Source of the DNA: a virus
Length of the DNA stretch: 64,000 nucleotides
Virus record (IMG/VR): IMGVR_UViG_3300020395_000006
Coordinates: 4,265-68,264 of that record
Reading direction: 5' to 3' (one strand)
Shown here in pieces: positions 1 to 7,747 of the stretch; the first letter of the stretch is position 1; every line of letters begins with the position of its first letter. Both the position numbers and the translations under genes were made by a program. The notes beneath the pieces were generated by a model. It worked only from the letters and a program-made list of their open reading frames with translations, was not told where the DNA came from and did no database searches.

Positions 1-165
1 TATATCAATTATATGATCTTCATCATATATCTTGATTGATAGTTCTGCATCTTCAGATACATCTATCCCTGCTTTATCAAGTGCTTGCCATACCTTGTCA
101 GAAATATCTGAATGTTCATTCTCAGGTATTACTTCCCAAAGATTGATTACTTTCATTGTTGACAT
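1..165 (-). CDS. small early hypothetical protein, runs off the window edge
   Basis: Manually translated MSTMKVINLWEVIPENEHSDISDKVWQALDKAG...; overlaps the end of the upstream small ORF. Confidence 0.55.
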   Translation of the reverse strand, partial: MSTMKVINLWEVIPENEHSDISDKVWQALDKAGIDVSEDAELSIKIYDEDHIIDI

Positions 166-317
166 TGTTTCATATCCTGCAATTTTGTAAAGATTTCGTG
201 AATCTCATAGTCTTCAATCTTATCCTCACCAATATCTGATTGTGCATCATAATATGACTCCATAACGAGATCATATAATACACCAAATTCATTGTGAGTT
301 AGATGTAATGTTCGCAT
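153..317 (-). CDS. small hypothetical protein (54 aa)
   Basis: Manually translated MRTLHLTHNEFGVLYDLVMESYYDAQ...; TAATG coupling to the upstream ORF. Confidence 0.6.
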   Translation of the reverse strand: MRTLHLTHNEFGVLYDLVMESYYDAQSDIGEDKIEDYEIHEIFTKLQDMKQCQQ

Positions 318-550
318 TAGTTTTCGCAGTAGTTGTTTACAATTAGATCCTCAACTTCATCTAGTTGAGTATGACTTAGATGTGACACTAATTCATCAAT
401 AACGACTCGTAATTGGTCAGGGTAATCATCAATAACTTCCATAAGATTGTTACCAATTAGTTCCTGTCTTGTACGAATATTTTTGATAATTACCTTTGCA
501 TCTAATTCACTATTTGTTGCATTAGGATTTGCATGTATGAATAGTTTCAT
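317..550 (-). CDS. hypothetical protein (77 aa)
   Basis: ORF track; TAATG coupling at both ends. Confidence 0.7.
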   Translation of the reverse strand: MKLFIHANPNATNSELDAKVIIKNIRTRQELIGNNLMEVIDDYPDQLRVVIDELVSHLSHTQLDEVEDLIVNNYCEN

Positions 551-687
551 TAGTTCCTCACAAATACATTTCGTGCATTGGAATACTTTGCTTGCATTAG
601 TTTGATGGCATGATGGATTGATACAGCAGTAATCTGTTCATCAATCCTATAACCCTCAACCAATGCTGAAACTGTAAAAGTTTTCAT
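550..687 (-). CDS. small hypothetical protein (45 aa)
   Basis: Manually translated MKTFTVSALVEGYRIDEQITAVSIHHAIKLMQAKYSNARNVFVRN; directly downstream of the promoter at 712-768. Confidence 0.65.
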   Translation of the reverse strand: MKTFTVSALVEGYRIDEQITAVSIHHAIKLMQAKYSNARNVFVRN

Positions 688-707
688 AGTTGAATTCTCT
701 TGGATAC

Positions 708-1493
708 TTATAGTATAGACGCTAGAGTTGCCTTTGAAACCTTGCTTGTGACAGTTTGTTCAGTGGTTGCAATCCTTTCCTTTGCCTTAGTATAATATTC
801 CTTTGACTTCTCGCATCCTAGATACTCCCTACCAGTTCTAATGCTTGCAACGGCAGTTGATCCACTACCTACAAAACAATCCAATACAACGTCACCTACG
901 TTAGTATATGCCTTGATTATACGCTCTAGTATCTCAACATTCTTAGTGGTAGGATGCCACCCTATAAACTCTTTACTGGTAGTATGATTATTCTTTTCCC
1001 ATACACATGTAGGTATGGTTCCCTGAGTATGTGCTTTACCAGTTCTAAGATTTTTCTTGACTTTTCTCTCAATTCTAATATCATTAGCATTGAATAGAAA
1101 CTTCTCACCCTTAGAATAGCACCATGCGTATTCATGCTTACGAGCAAAGTTATCTTTAGATCTACCACCCCAGTTATAAGACCAAATAATCTCATTCTGT
1201 GGAAATATACCTTTAGTTCTATTCAATGCAAGTTTATATAATAAGAATGATTCAGTCTTGAGAGTACCCCATACAACTAGCATACGCTCATCCTTGAGTA
1301 CCCTAATGCACTCCTTAGTCCATTCTAAACACCATTTGATGTATTCTCTCTCATCCTCCCATCTATCCCATCCTTTACCACCATCAAATCCTATATTATA
1401 TGGTGGATCAGTCAAGACTAGATCTACTGAGTTGTCAGGTATTCTTTTCAAATACTTGAGACAATCCATATTTGAAATTGTGTTGTGCTTCAT
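708..1493 (-). CDS. DNA amino-methyltransferase (N6-adenine/N4-cytosine, beta class)
   Basis: Catalytic DPPY motif near the N-terminus, HPTTK, and SAM-binding VLDCFVGSGST near the C-terminus. Confidence 0.92.
   Translation of the reverse strand: MKHNTISNMDCLKYLKRIPDNSVDLVLTDPPYNIGFDGGKGWDRWEDEREYIKWCLEWTKECIRVLKDERMLVVWGTLKTESFLLYKLALNRTKGIFPQNEIIWSYNWGGRSKDNFARKHEYAWCYSKGEKFLFNANDIRIERKVKKNLRTGKAHTQGTIPTCVWEKNNHTTSKEFIGWHPTTKNVEILERIIKAYTNVGDVVLDCFVGSGSTAVASIRTGREYLGCEKSKEYYTKAKERIATTEQTVTSKVSKATLASIL
712..768 (-). promoter_or_regulatory. early sigma70-type promoter with upstream box
   Basis: AACCACTGAACAAACTGTCACA-N7-TTTCAA-N16-TATACT; the box differs from 4438-4461 at one of 24 positions. 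Confidence 0.65.
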
Positions 1494-2017
1494 GCTAATA
1501 CCTCGTCAATAGATGTGAACCAGTCAGGAATATTTGTACCAATGGAGTCTAAGAAAAATGTTCCTGAGTTTACTTTCTTACCACCATGCTGATTATATAA
1601 CCACTCACCCTTTTCATTTTGTACTTCTAAATTATTCTTTACATCATCCTTAGTTGCTCCATAGAATTCTATTCTATCAGGAAATATAGCAAGAAATACA
1701 ACAACATCATAATCTTGTGCAGGTCTTAGTTGTTGCCACCTAAAATGGGTGTTAGTTCCTGACCATAACATAGACCCCTTGATTTCTACCTTCTTACCAT
1801 TGATTTTTCTATCATGGTCAGAATTATCAGGTTTGGTTACATTATAACCTAACTGATTACAGTACTCTTGAACTATTGCTTCAAAAGCAGCACCTTTTTT
1901 CTTACTACTCATGTGCTTATATATTTGAAACACTGAATTCTTATAGTGACAGTTTTCAATCTCAGCAAGTGCTTTTGCATGTGTAGTAAATGTAGTAATA
2001 GCAGACTCAGATAACAT
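1490..2017 (-). CDS. putative PD-(D/E)XK endonuclease, type II restriction-like
   Basis: KGAAFE helix, then DHD-x8-EIK catalytic-like motif; 4-bp overlap with the methyltransferase start. Confidence 0.6.
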   Translation of the reverse strand: MLSESAITTFTTHAKALAEIENCHYKNSVFQIYKHMSSKKKGAAFEAIVQEYCNQLGYNVTKPDNSDHDRKINGKKVEIKGSMLWSGTNTHFRWQQLRPAQDYDVVVFLAIFPDRIEFYGATKDDVKNNLEVQNEKGEWLYNQHGGKKVNSGTFFLDSIGTNIPDWFTSIDEVLA

Positions 2018-2040
2018 TGAATTTCTTTGTTGTTATACTC

Positions 2041-2068
2041 ATTATAGTCACTATTATATCATAATCAA
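2041..2068 (-). promoter_or_regulatory. sigma70-type promoter for the nuclease-methyltransferase pair
   Basis: TTGATT-N16-TATAAT, with a variant upstream box (GCCAATTTTTATACTGGTATA) at about 2075-2095. Confidence 0.6.
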
Positions 2069-2097
2069 TGAAATTATACCAGTATAAAAATTGGCAT

Positions 2098-2126
2098 AAG
2101 AAAACCTACCGTATAGGTAGGTTTCT
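2098..2126 (-). terminator. intrinsic terminator after the KTSC-like gene
   Basis: Hairpin AAACCTACC-TATAC-GGTAGGTTT followed by TCTT on the minus strand. Confidence 0.6.
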
Positions 2127-2177
2127 TGCGAGATTATGCGAAGTTCAAAATATTCAGTTGTCTTTGTTGCAGTTAGA

Positions 2178-2399
2178 TTATACTGCTTGTAGTTGACCTT
2201 CCTTTCTGTATGAAGCGATCAATCTACCTACACTCTCACCTTTTGCAAGAGCGTTTTCTAGTCCAGTGCGAACTAGGTTAGCATCTTTTGCTAAGAATCC
2301 GTACTCCTTATCAGCAGAAGTAAATGTCACACCAACTGCATTGTCAGTACCAAAAGATACAGCAGCGATAGAGGATGACTTAGGGAAACGCATAATCAT
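2178..2399 (-). CDS. KTSC-like small putative RNA-binding protein
   Basis: Pattern SSSIAAVSF...VGVTF...EYGF...ESVGRLIA resembles the KTSC consensus (SSxI..v.Yd..L.V.F..Y.Y..S.G.f); start placed at Met15 (Met17 also possible). Confidence 0.55.
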   Translation of the reverse strand: MIMRFPKSSSIAAVSFGTDNAVGVTFTSADKEYGFLAKDANLVRTGLENALAKGESVGRLIASYRKEGQLQAV

Positions 2400-2428
2400 A
2401 ATAAAGTAATGGAACATGCCTAGTTTAT

Positions 2429-2594
2429 AGTCATACGACATGACTTGAATTACACTATCAGAGAATTGAACTCTATCAACTGTTCGATCAAGACAGACTC
2501 ACCAGAGTAGTGCATGAAGTAGCATGGTCAAGAGGTGCTTCACCTGATCCTAACCCATTTACTGAGTCTAATTACAGGTACTAACTCACGCTAC
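2429..2594 (-). ncRNA. structured RNA 2 / long 5' leader containing a tRNA-like cloverleaf
   Basis: Begins 7 nt after a -10 box with GUAGCGUG, which pairs with CAUGCUAC; cloverleaf-like domain at 2451-2513 with a canonical T-arm; 3' hairpin AGUCAU/AUGACU. Confidence 0.6.
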
Positions 2595-2600
2595 AAATGT

Positions 2601-2658
2601 ATGATAGTCGATTTAGTGTCAGTTTCAATAATGAATGTGACACTAAATCAACCGTCAC
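2601..2658 (-). promoter_or_regulatory. early promoter with upstream box, driving RNA 2 and the KTSC-like gene
   Basis: GTGACGGTTGATTTAGTGTCACA-N7-TTGAAA-N16-TATCAT; a 12-bp inverted repeat flanks the -35. Confidence 0.65.
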
Positions 2659-2664
2659 AAGAAG

Positions 2665-3073
2665 AAATGGGAGTGGGGCATCAACATAGGTTTCACCTAT
2701 ATGCCCAAATTTACCTCATGGGAATCGCTTACACCTGAACCCCTACTAAACAACAAGTAACCATATAAGGAGTGTACGTGGCAGATGTCTGACCGAATAG
2801 GATTTCTCCGACAGTCTCAGGGATGCCAACGTATGCCATATCCAAAATGATTGAACCCTTGTTAGAGTTCGGGCATGAGAACCACATATCCCAGACGGAC
2901 TTACACCATGAGTTTTTAGAACCTCACCCTAATGGAGTTTTGGTACTATGGATGCCAAATGCGAGGAGTCAGTGCATTACCCAACATCATATCTAAGATT
3001 TACAGGACTTACAACAATAAGAGCAAATCGTTGATGTACGCCTGATGTCCTAGTAGTTGTGAACCTCGCTCAT
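2665..3073 (-). ncRNA. putative large structured non-coding RNA (about 410 nt)
   Basis: No credible ORF; consensus promoter directly upstream; many stems with G-U pairs and GAAA-containing loops on the minus strand. Confidence 0.65.
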
Positions 3074-3234
3074 GTACCTATTATAGTCGGTTGACTTTGG
3101 TTGTCAAGTAATGTCAGGACATCCTGATAATCTTCAGAATTGATCCCTATCATCATCTCATAATAGGTAGCATAATCAATACCTAACTTTCTGGCATATA
3201 ATTCATGGTCTAAATGGTTGAATTCCTTGTCCAT
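3070..3234 (-). CDS. small hypothetical protein (54 aa)
   Basis: Manually translated MDKEFNHLDHELYARKLGIDYATYYEMMIG...; follows the cobS-like gene. Confidence 0.55.
   Translation of the reverse strand: MDKEFNHLDHELYARKLGIDYATYYEMMIGINSEDYQDVLTLLDNQSQPTIIGT
3080..3107 (-). promoter_or_regulatory. consensus sigma70 promoter
   Basis: TTGACA-N16-TATAAT pointing into the non-coding region. Confidence 0.8.
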
Positions 3235-3263
3235 GATTAGTTTGGTATCGTTGAATACTAAGT

Positions 3264-4382
3264 CTATGTATTAGACTTAGTATTTACATCATCATCAAGT
3301 TTAGAGTATAGTTGCATGAATGATGTTTTAGTCTCATCATCAAATCGGTTGAGACACATTTCTAATGCTTTCATCTTATCACCAAATATTTGATATGCTC
3401 GCATAATGTGAACAAGTCTTCTAGTTGAGATAATTTCATCTATACCTCCATCATTGAAAGTTTTGCGAACAATATCCGCCCAGTCAGTTAGGTAAACAAT
3501 GAATTTTTCATGGTCACCAGTCATAGGAATACCAATAGATTCACATAACTTTCTGAGTATCTTGTTCTCAGTAGCAGCAGTAGGATATTCTTGCTCAAAT
3601 GTAATAGGGAATCGCTCTAAGAACGCTTCATTCAATACATTAGTGCCAATGAAACGTCCATCATCACTACCTTTACCTTTAGTGTTAGCAGTAGCAATGA
3701 CATTGAACCCATTAGCAGGTTTGATGTACTCACCTATCTTCTTTAGGAAGATCCCTTTGCCCTCTAGAATCGGTTGTAAGCATAGTATTTTGTTAGATGC
3801 TAGATCAATCTCATCTAGTAATAAGATCGCTCCACGCTCCAATGCTTCAATGACTGCCCCATTATGCCAAACAGTCTGACCATTGACAAGTCTAAATCCA
3901 CCTATCAAATCATCTTCATCAGTCTCAACAGTTATGTTGACTCTAATAAGTTCTCTGTTTAGTTGTGAACATGCTTGCTCTACTCCAAAAGTCTTACCAT
4001 TACCTGACATACCAGTAATGAATGTAGGATAGAATTCTCTTGAAGCAATTACTTTCTTGAGTGAAGTAAAGTTGCCAAAAGGAATAAATGTATTATCCTT
4101 ACTAGGTACTAAATTCTGTGACTCAGTTTGAGTCTTTTGAAGTTTAGTATTAGTTGGAGTTGGAGTTGCTTGATAGGTAGCAGTTGGAATCTCCTTCTCA
4201 GGATCTTGAATATTCCACTTACCCCTGCTAACCTTCCACTGGTTCAGGTACTTAGTAATAGTCTGATAAGATACATCAGGATTCTTAGCAACATACTCTT
4301 TGACCATATCAGCATTTAGTTCTGTACCAAATTGCGATTTGATAGAGTCAAGGTGTGGTTGAAAATTGATTGTTCTAGGCAT
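3264..4382 (-). CDS. cobS: CobS-like MoxR-family AAA+ ATPase
   Basis: Walker A GMSGNGKT, Walker B LLLDEID, ATANTKG, NEAFLERF, ISTRRL. Confidence 0.88.
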   Translation of the reverse strand: MPRTINFQPHLDSIKSQFGTELNADMVKEYVAKNPDVSYQTITKYLNQWKVSRGKWNIQDPEKEIPTATYQATPTPTNTKLQKTQTESQNLVPSKDNTFIPFGNFTSLKKVIASREFYPTFITGMSGNGKTFGVEQACSQLNRELIRVNITVETDEDDLIGGFRLVNGQTVWHNGAVIEALERGAILLLDEIDLASNKILCLQPILEGKGIFLKKIGEYIKPANGFNVIATANTKGKGSDDGRFIGTNVLNEAFLERFPITFEQEYPTAATENKILRKLCESIGIPMTGDHEKFIVYLTDWADIVRKTFNDGGIDEIISTRRLVHIMRAYQIFGDKMKALEMCLNRFDDETKTSFMQLYSKLDDDVNTKSNT

Positions 4383-4403
4383 AATCTTTTGCTGTATGTG
4401 TTT

Positions 4404-4461
4404 ATTATAATCTGCACTATGGTGGGATGTAACCCACCTTGTGACAGTTTGTTGAGTGGTT
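4404..4461 (-). promoter_or_regulatory. early promoter with upstream box
   Basis: AACCACTCAACAAACTGTCACA-N7-TTACAT-N17-TATAAT. Confidence 0.65.
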
Positions 4462-4464
4462 TTC

Positions 4465-6684
4465 CTATGCTATTTGTTTTGCAAAGGATTGAAGGATGAA
4501 TTTATTAGTCTTCTTACTCTTGAACATCTTCCTAAATGCCTGTGATACCTGACGTTTTGAAGATCCATCTTCTACATCCTCAAGTATATCTGAGTCAACA
4601 TTTAGATCCTTTTGAGGAATAATGTAAAACTTGTTGAATGACTCCATAGTTAGATGTGCATCACCTTTTCTAATTGCTGCCCTATACTCATCATAATCAT
4701 TGTATGAATGATAACCATAAGCATTATAGAAATGCTTCAACCCTCCACGCTCAAGTATTCTAAATCCAATGAATGAAACATTACTGTCTATTGAATCCTT
4801 TACTGCTTCAATTAGTTTCATAGTAAAGTCTCCTCTTGAATGTCCCATTGCAAAAGTCTTACCAGTTTTTCTATTTCTGATAATAGTATTGTAACCGATT
4901 GCTCTAGTTCCATACTTATCTAAGTTATAACCATAAACTTGATTAGTATCTGATCTATCAATATTGTATGATGAATGTTGTCCTTCTCCATCAGTCAATA
5001 CAATTACATGGCACTTCTGTAAACCATTGTTTTTTATCATTGTATTTACTAATTGTCTACTGCAAACAATCGCTTCATTCAATGGTGTTCCTGATAGTGA
5101 GAATCCTCTAGGATATGGCATATTATAGTCAACAAATGATGAAACAGTATTCCATATATTGAGAAGTTGTTGATCTAGTTCTTTAGTCTTTGCTTTAGAT
5201 GATAATACATTTACCATTCTAAAATGACCTTGAACATTGATGTCTCCCTCTTTCCATTCTTTGATAAGATCGGTATCTTTCATGTCTCTGTATGGTCTTA
5301 CTCCACCAACATCTTCATTATTATTTTCTAGTTTTATTGACCATGCGTCATTACTAAAAGCATATACTTCAAATGGTATTTGTACTTTCTTACAGAACCA
5401 TACTAATTGAAATAGTTGCTTTACTGTATCCTTTAGGATATGTTGCATTGAACCACTCCAGTCTAATAAGAATACTAAACCATGATTCTTGCCATCAGGT
5501 ACAGTTGTAATCTTCTTGAATATATCTTCATTATACATGTAAGTATGTAATTTAGAAGTATCAAGTACACCAGTCCTAGCAGTTGCTTGTCTAGCATAAG
5601 AATCAGCAGATTTCTTCATCTCGAATTCTTTTACAAGATAGTTTACTTCTTTAGTAACACTTCTCTTGAATTCTTTATACTCATTACAAGAACTCGCATA
5701 TCTTTCTTTAGACCATTCTTCTGTAATTGCTTCAGTAAAATGTCTATCAAGGTATCCTTTTATCTCATCAAAAGTAACAAGAACATTGTCCATATTCATT
5801 TCAGGTAATGTAACATATACATTCTCATTGTTATAATGCTTATCCTGTTCATTGCATAAATCTTCTACATTTCTATCAAATTGTTCTTGTGTATTTGATA
5901 CATCTATGTTACCAAACTCACCTGCTTGAGTATTAGTTGGTTCACCAGACTCACCCTCTTCAATATCATTTTCTTCACCAAACTCTCCACCTTCAGTATC
6001 ATTTTCTTCTGAATCTTCAGACTCTTCTTTACTATTATTAGGTGCAGGTCTATACTCTACTTGCTCACTATCTCCCTCGCTTGACTCATCATCAGAATTA
6101 GCGTTCATAGACTCCTTCATAGTCTCTTGCATTTCTTTAGTATAAGCATGTAGATCCTTAGATATATCTAAAACTTCATCAAATGTATCTGCCTTAGTCA
6201 TTCTTGTTATAAACTCTTCCTCTTCATCAGTGAAGTTTATATCTACAAAGTTACCTATCTTGAAGTATAGATTGATCTTATCAATAGGTTTCATCCAGTC
6301 AATATTCTTACCTTCAACTTCAAATAGATCATTATTATGTAACTCAGAGTATGCTTCATGGAAATCTCTGTTTAGTCCTCTATATCTTTGCTTTATTTTT
6401 CTCTCAATGCGTGCATCCTCAACCACATTGACATAACCATGTGGAACATGCCTATAAGCATCTTCAGCAATCCATAGTCTATCAGGAGTATATAAGGCAT
6501 GTCCTACCTCGTGAGCAACTAGCATGTCATATACTACCTCACTTGCCTTCTCCCACATAGGTAGAATCAATAGTCTTTTCTTTACATCAAATGATGCAGT
6601 TTCTACATTTTTATGCTCAATGATAATATCTTCAGTAGCAAGTAATCTTGCTAAATTTCCTTTGATTTCAATGTTGATTGGCAT
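4465..6684 (-). CDS. CobT-like protein: N-terminal HEXXH metallopeptidase, acidic linker, C-terminal vWA domain
   Basis: HEVGH and NVVEDARIE; MIDAS motif DWSGS, GTPL, LTDGE. Confidence 0.85.
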   Translation of the reverse strand: MPINIEIKGNLARLLATEDIIIEHKNVETASFDVKKRLLILPMWEKASEVVYDMLVAHEVGHALYTPDRLWIAEDAYRHVPHGYVNVVEDARIERKIKQRYRGLNRDFHEAYSELHNNDLFEVEGKNIDWMKPIDKINLYFKIGNFVDINFTDEEEEFITRMTKADTFDEVLDISKDLHAYTKEMQETMKESMNANSDDESSEGDSEQVEYRPAPNNSKEESEDSEENDTEGGEFGEENDIEEGESGEPTNTQAGEFGNIDVSNTQEQFDRNVEDLCNEQDKHYNNENVYVTLPEMNMDNVLVTFDEIKGYLDRHFTEAITEEWSKERYASSCNEYKEFKRSVTKEVNYLVKEFEMKKSADSYARQATARTGVLDTSKLHTYMYNEDIFKKITTVPDGKNHGLVFLLDWSGSMQHILKDTVKQLFQLVWFCKKVQIPFEVYAFSNDAWSIKLENNNEDVGGVRPYRDMKDTDLIKEWKEGDINVQGHFRMVNVLSSKAKTKELDQQLLNIWNTVSSFVDYNMPYPRGFSLSGTPLNEAIVCSRQLVNTMIKNNGLQKCHVIVLTDGEGQHSSYNIDRSDTNQVYGYNLDKYGTRAIGYNTIIRNRKTGKTFAMGHSRGDFTMKLIEAVKDSIDSNVSFIGFRILERGGLKHFYNAYGYHSYNDYDEYRAAIRKGDAHLTMESFNKFYIIPQKDLNVDSDILEDVEDGSSKRQVSQAFRKMFKSKKTNKFILQSFAKQIA

Positions 6685-6941
6685 GTTTCTTTGTTCGTTG
6701 TCCTTATATTAGTTCTTTTATACTTGTTTTCAATATCCCTTGTGACACTTTCTAAACTGTCTGCATCTACCTTGCGAATTATCTCATAGTTGTCTAGTCT
6801 CATATCTAGTACAAGTTTTACGTCTTTTCTCGGTTCCTGACCTAATCTAACACATGCTGTAAAGTGTGTTCCACTTACAAAACAGACTTCCCCAGTGTCG
6901 TCACCTATTTGTAGGATGTCGCCTAGATGAACCTTTTTCAT
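6651..6941 (-). CDS. hypothetical protein
   Basis: ORF track; start moved to MKKVHLG so that it lies downstream of the promoter at 6963-6990. Confidence 0.6.
   Translation of the reverse strand: MKKVHLGDILQIGDDTGEVCFVSGTHFTACVRLGQEPRKDVKLVLDMRLDNYEIIRKVDADSLESVTRDIENKYKRTNIRTTNKETCQSTLKSKEI
6706..6761 (-). promoter_or_regulatory. early promoter with upstream box
   Basis: GACAGTTTAGAAAGTGTCACA-N7-TTGAAA-N16-TAATAT. Confidence 0.6.
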
Positions 6942-6962
6942 AGGATAGATAAACTTGATACC

Positions 6963-7003
6963 ATTATACATGAGTTGCTACTCTTAGCAATACATGTTAC
7001 CAT
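6963..7003. promoter_or_regulatory. overlapping divergent sigma70 promoters
   Basis: Minus strand TTGCTA-N16-TATAAT; plus strand TTGCTA-N17-TACCAT; both -35 boxes come from the inverted repeat TTGCTA-ctct-TAGCAA. Confidence 0.55.
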
Positions 7004-7024
7004 ATCTATACAAGATCAAATAAA

Positions 7025-7747
7025 ATGTTCTTAGGTCAAACTATAACATGTGTAATACCTGCTAGGTTATCTTCTACAAGATTTCCTAGAAAGGCATTGG
7101 CAAAAATAAAAGGTAGGGAATTAGTGTTGAGATGTGCTGACATTGCAGCAAAATCAAAATACCTAGATAATATTATCATTGCCACCGAGGACAATGAAAT
7201 AAAAGAATTATGTGAGAAGAACAACTATGATTCCATACTCACCAATAAGCATTATACATGCACACATAGAGTTTCAGAAGTATCTAAGACTCTCCAAAGT
7301 GATTTCATTATTAATTATCAGGGAGATGAACCATTACTAAAATATAAATGGATAGATGATATTATAAAATTTGGTGTTACTTATAGATATGATATGGTGC
7401 AAGCAATAAGAGATTTAGATGAAGAAGAAATAGAAGATAATGATGTAGTAAAATGTGTAATTAGTAATGGATTAGTTACACATAATATGAGAAGTGTAGA
7501 ATTATGTAATAATAACGTCAAATCTATGATAGGTTTATATCTTTATAAAAAGAATGTTATAGATGATTTTTCACATTTAGATATGACATTTGTGAAACAA
7601 TGGCAAGGTTTAGATACTCAAGGTTTCGTAGGAAAATATAACATAGTACCATATAATTTGAATTGTAGTAAATTTAGGGCAGTAGATCGTCCTGAACATA
7701 TAAAAGAAATAGAAGAAATGTTACCATTTAGTAAGGAAATTATATGA
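7025..7747 (+). CDS. kdsB: 3-deoxy-manno-octulosonate cytidylyltransferase-like (CMP-Kdo synthetase)
   Basis: VIPARLSSTRFPRKAL, IATE, THRVSE, INYQGDEP, IGLYLY, AVDRPEH. Confidence 0.85.
   Translation: MFLGQTITCVIPARLSSTRFPRKALAKIKGRELVLRCADIAAKSKYLDNIIIATEDNEIKELCEKNNYDSILTNKHYTCTHRVSEVSKTLQSDFIINYQGDEPLLKYKWIDDIIKFGVTYRYDMVQAIRDLDEEEIEDNDVVKCVISNGLVTHNMRSVELCNNNVKSMIGLYLYKKNVIDDFSHLDMTFVKQWQGLDTQGFVGKYNIVPYNLNCSKFRAVDRPEHIKEIEEMLPFSKEII

Noticed and set aside
375-410. Additional early-promoter box (TAGTGTCACA half-site)
   Set aside because: Only a half-site is present, with no -35/-10 at the spacing seen in the other copies.
2451-2513. Canonical tRNA gene
   Set aside because: The D-arm is too short, the anticodon arm is irregular and there is no CCA; reported as tRNA-like instead.
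2535-2738. 67-aa plus-strand ORF in the non-coding region
   Set aside because: It is antisense to two minus-strand promoters, spans a promoter and RNA stems, and has no recognisable motif or ribosome-binding site.
2665-3073. Group I/II intron, tmRNA or known small ribozyme
   Set aside because: It does not interrupt a gene, and I could not find the P7 core, domain V, a tmRNA acceptor end or a hammerhead core on the transcribed strand; a covariance-model search is still needed.
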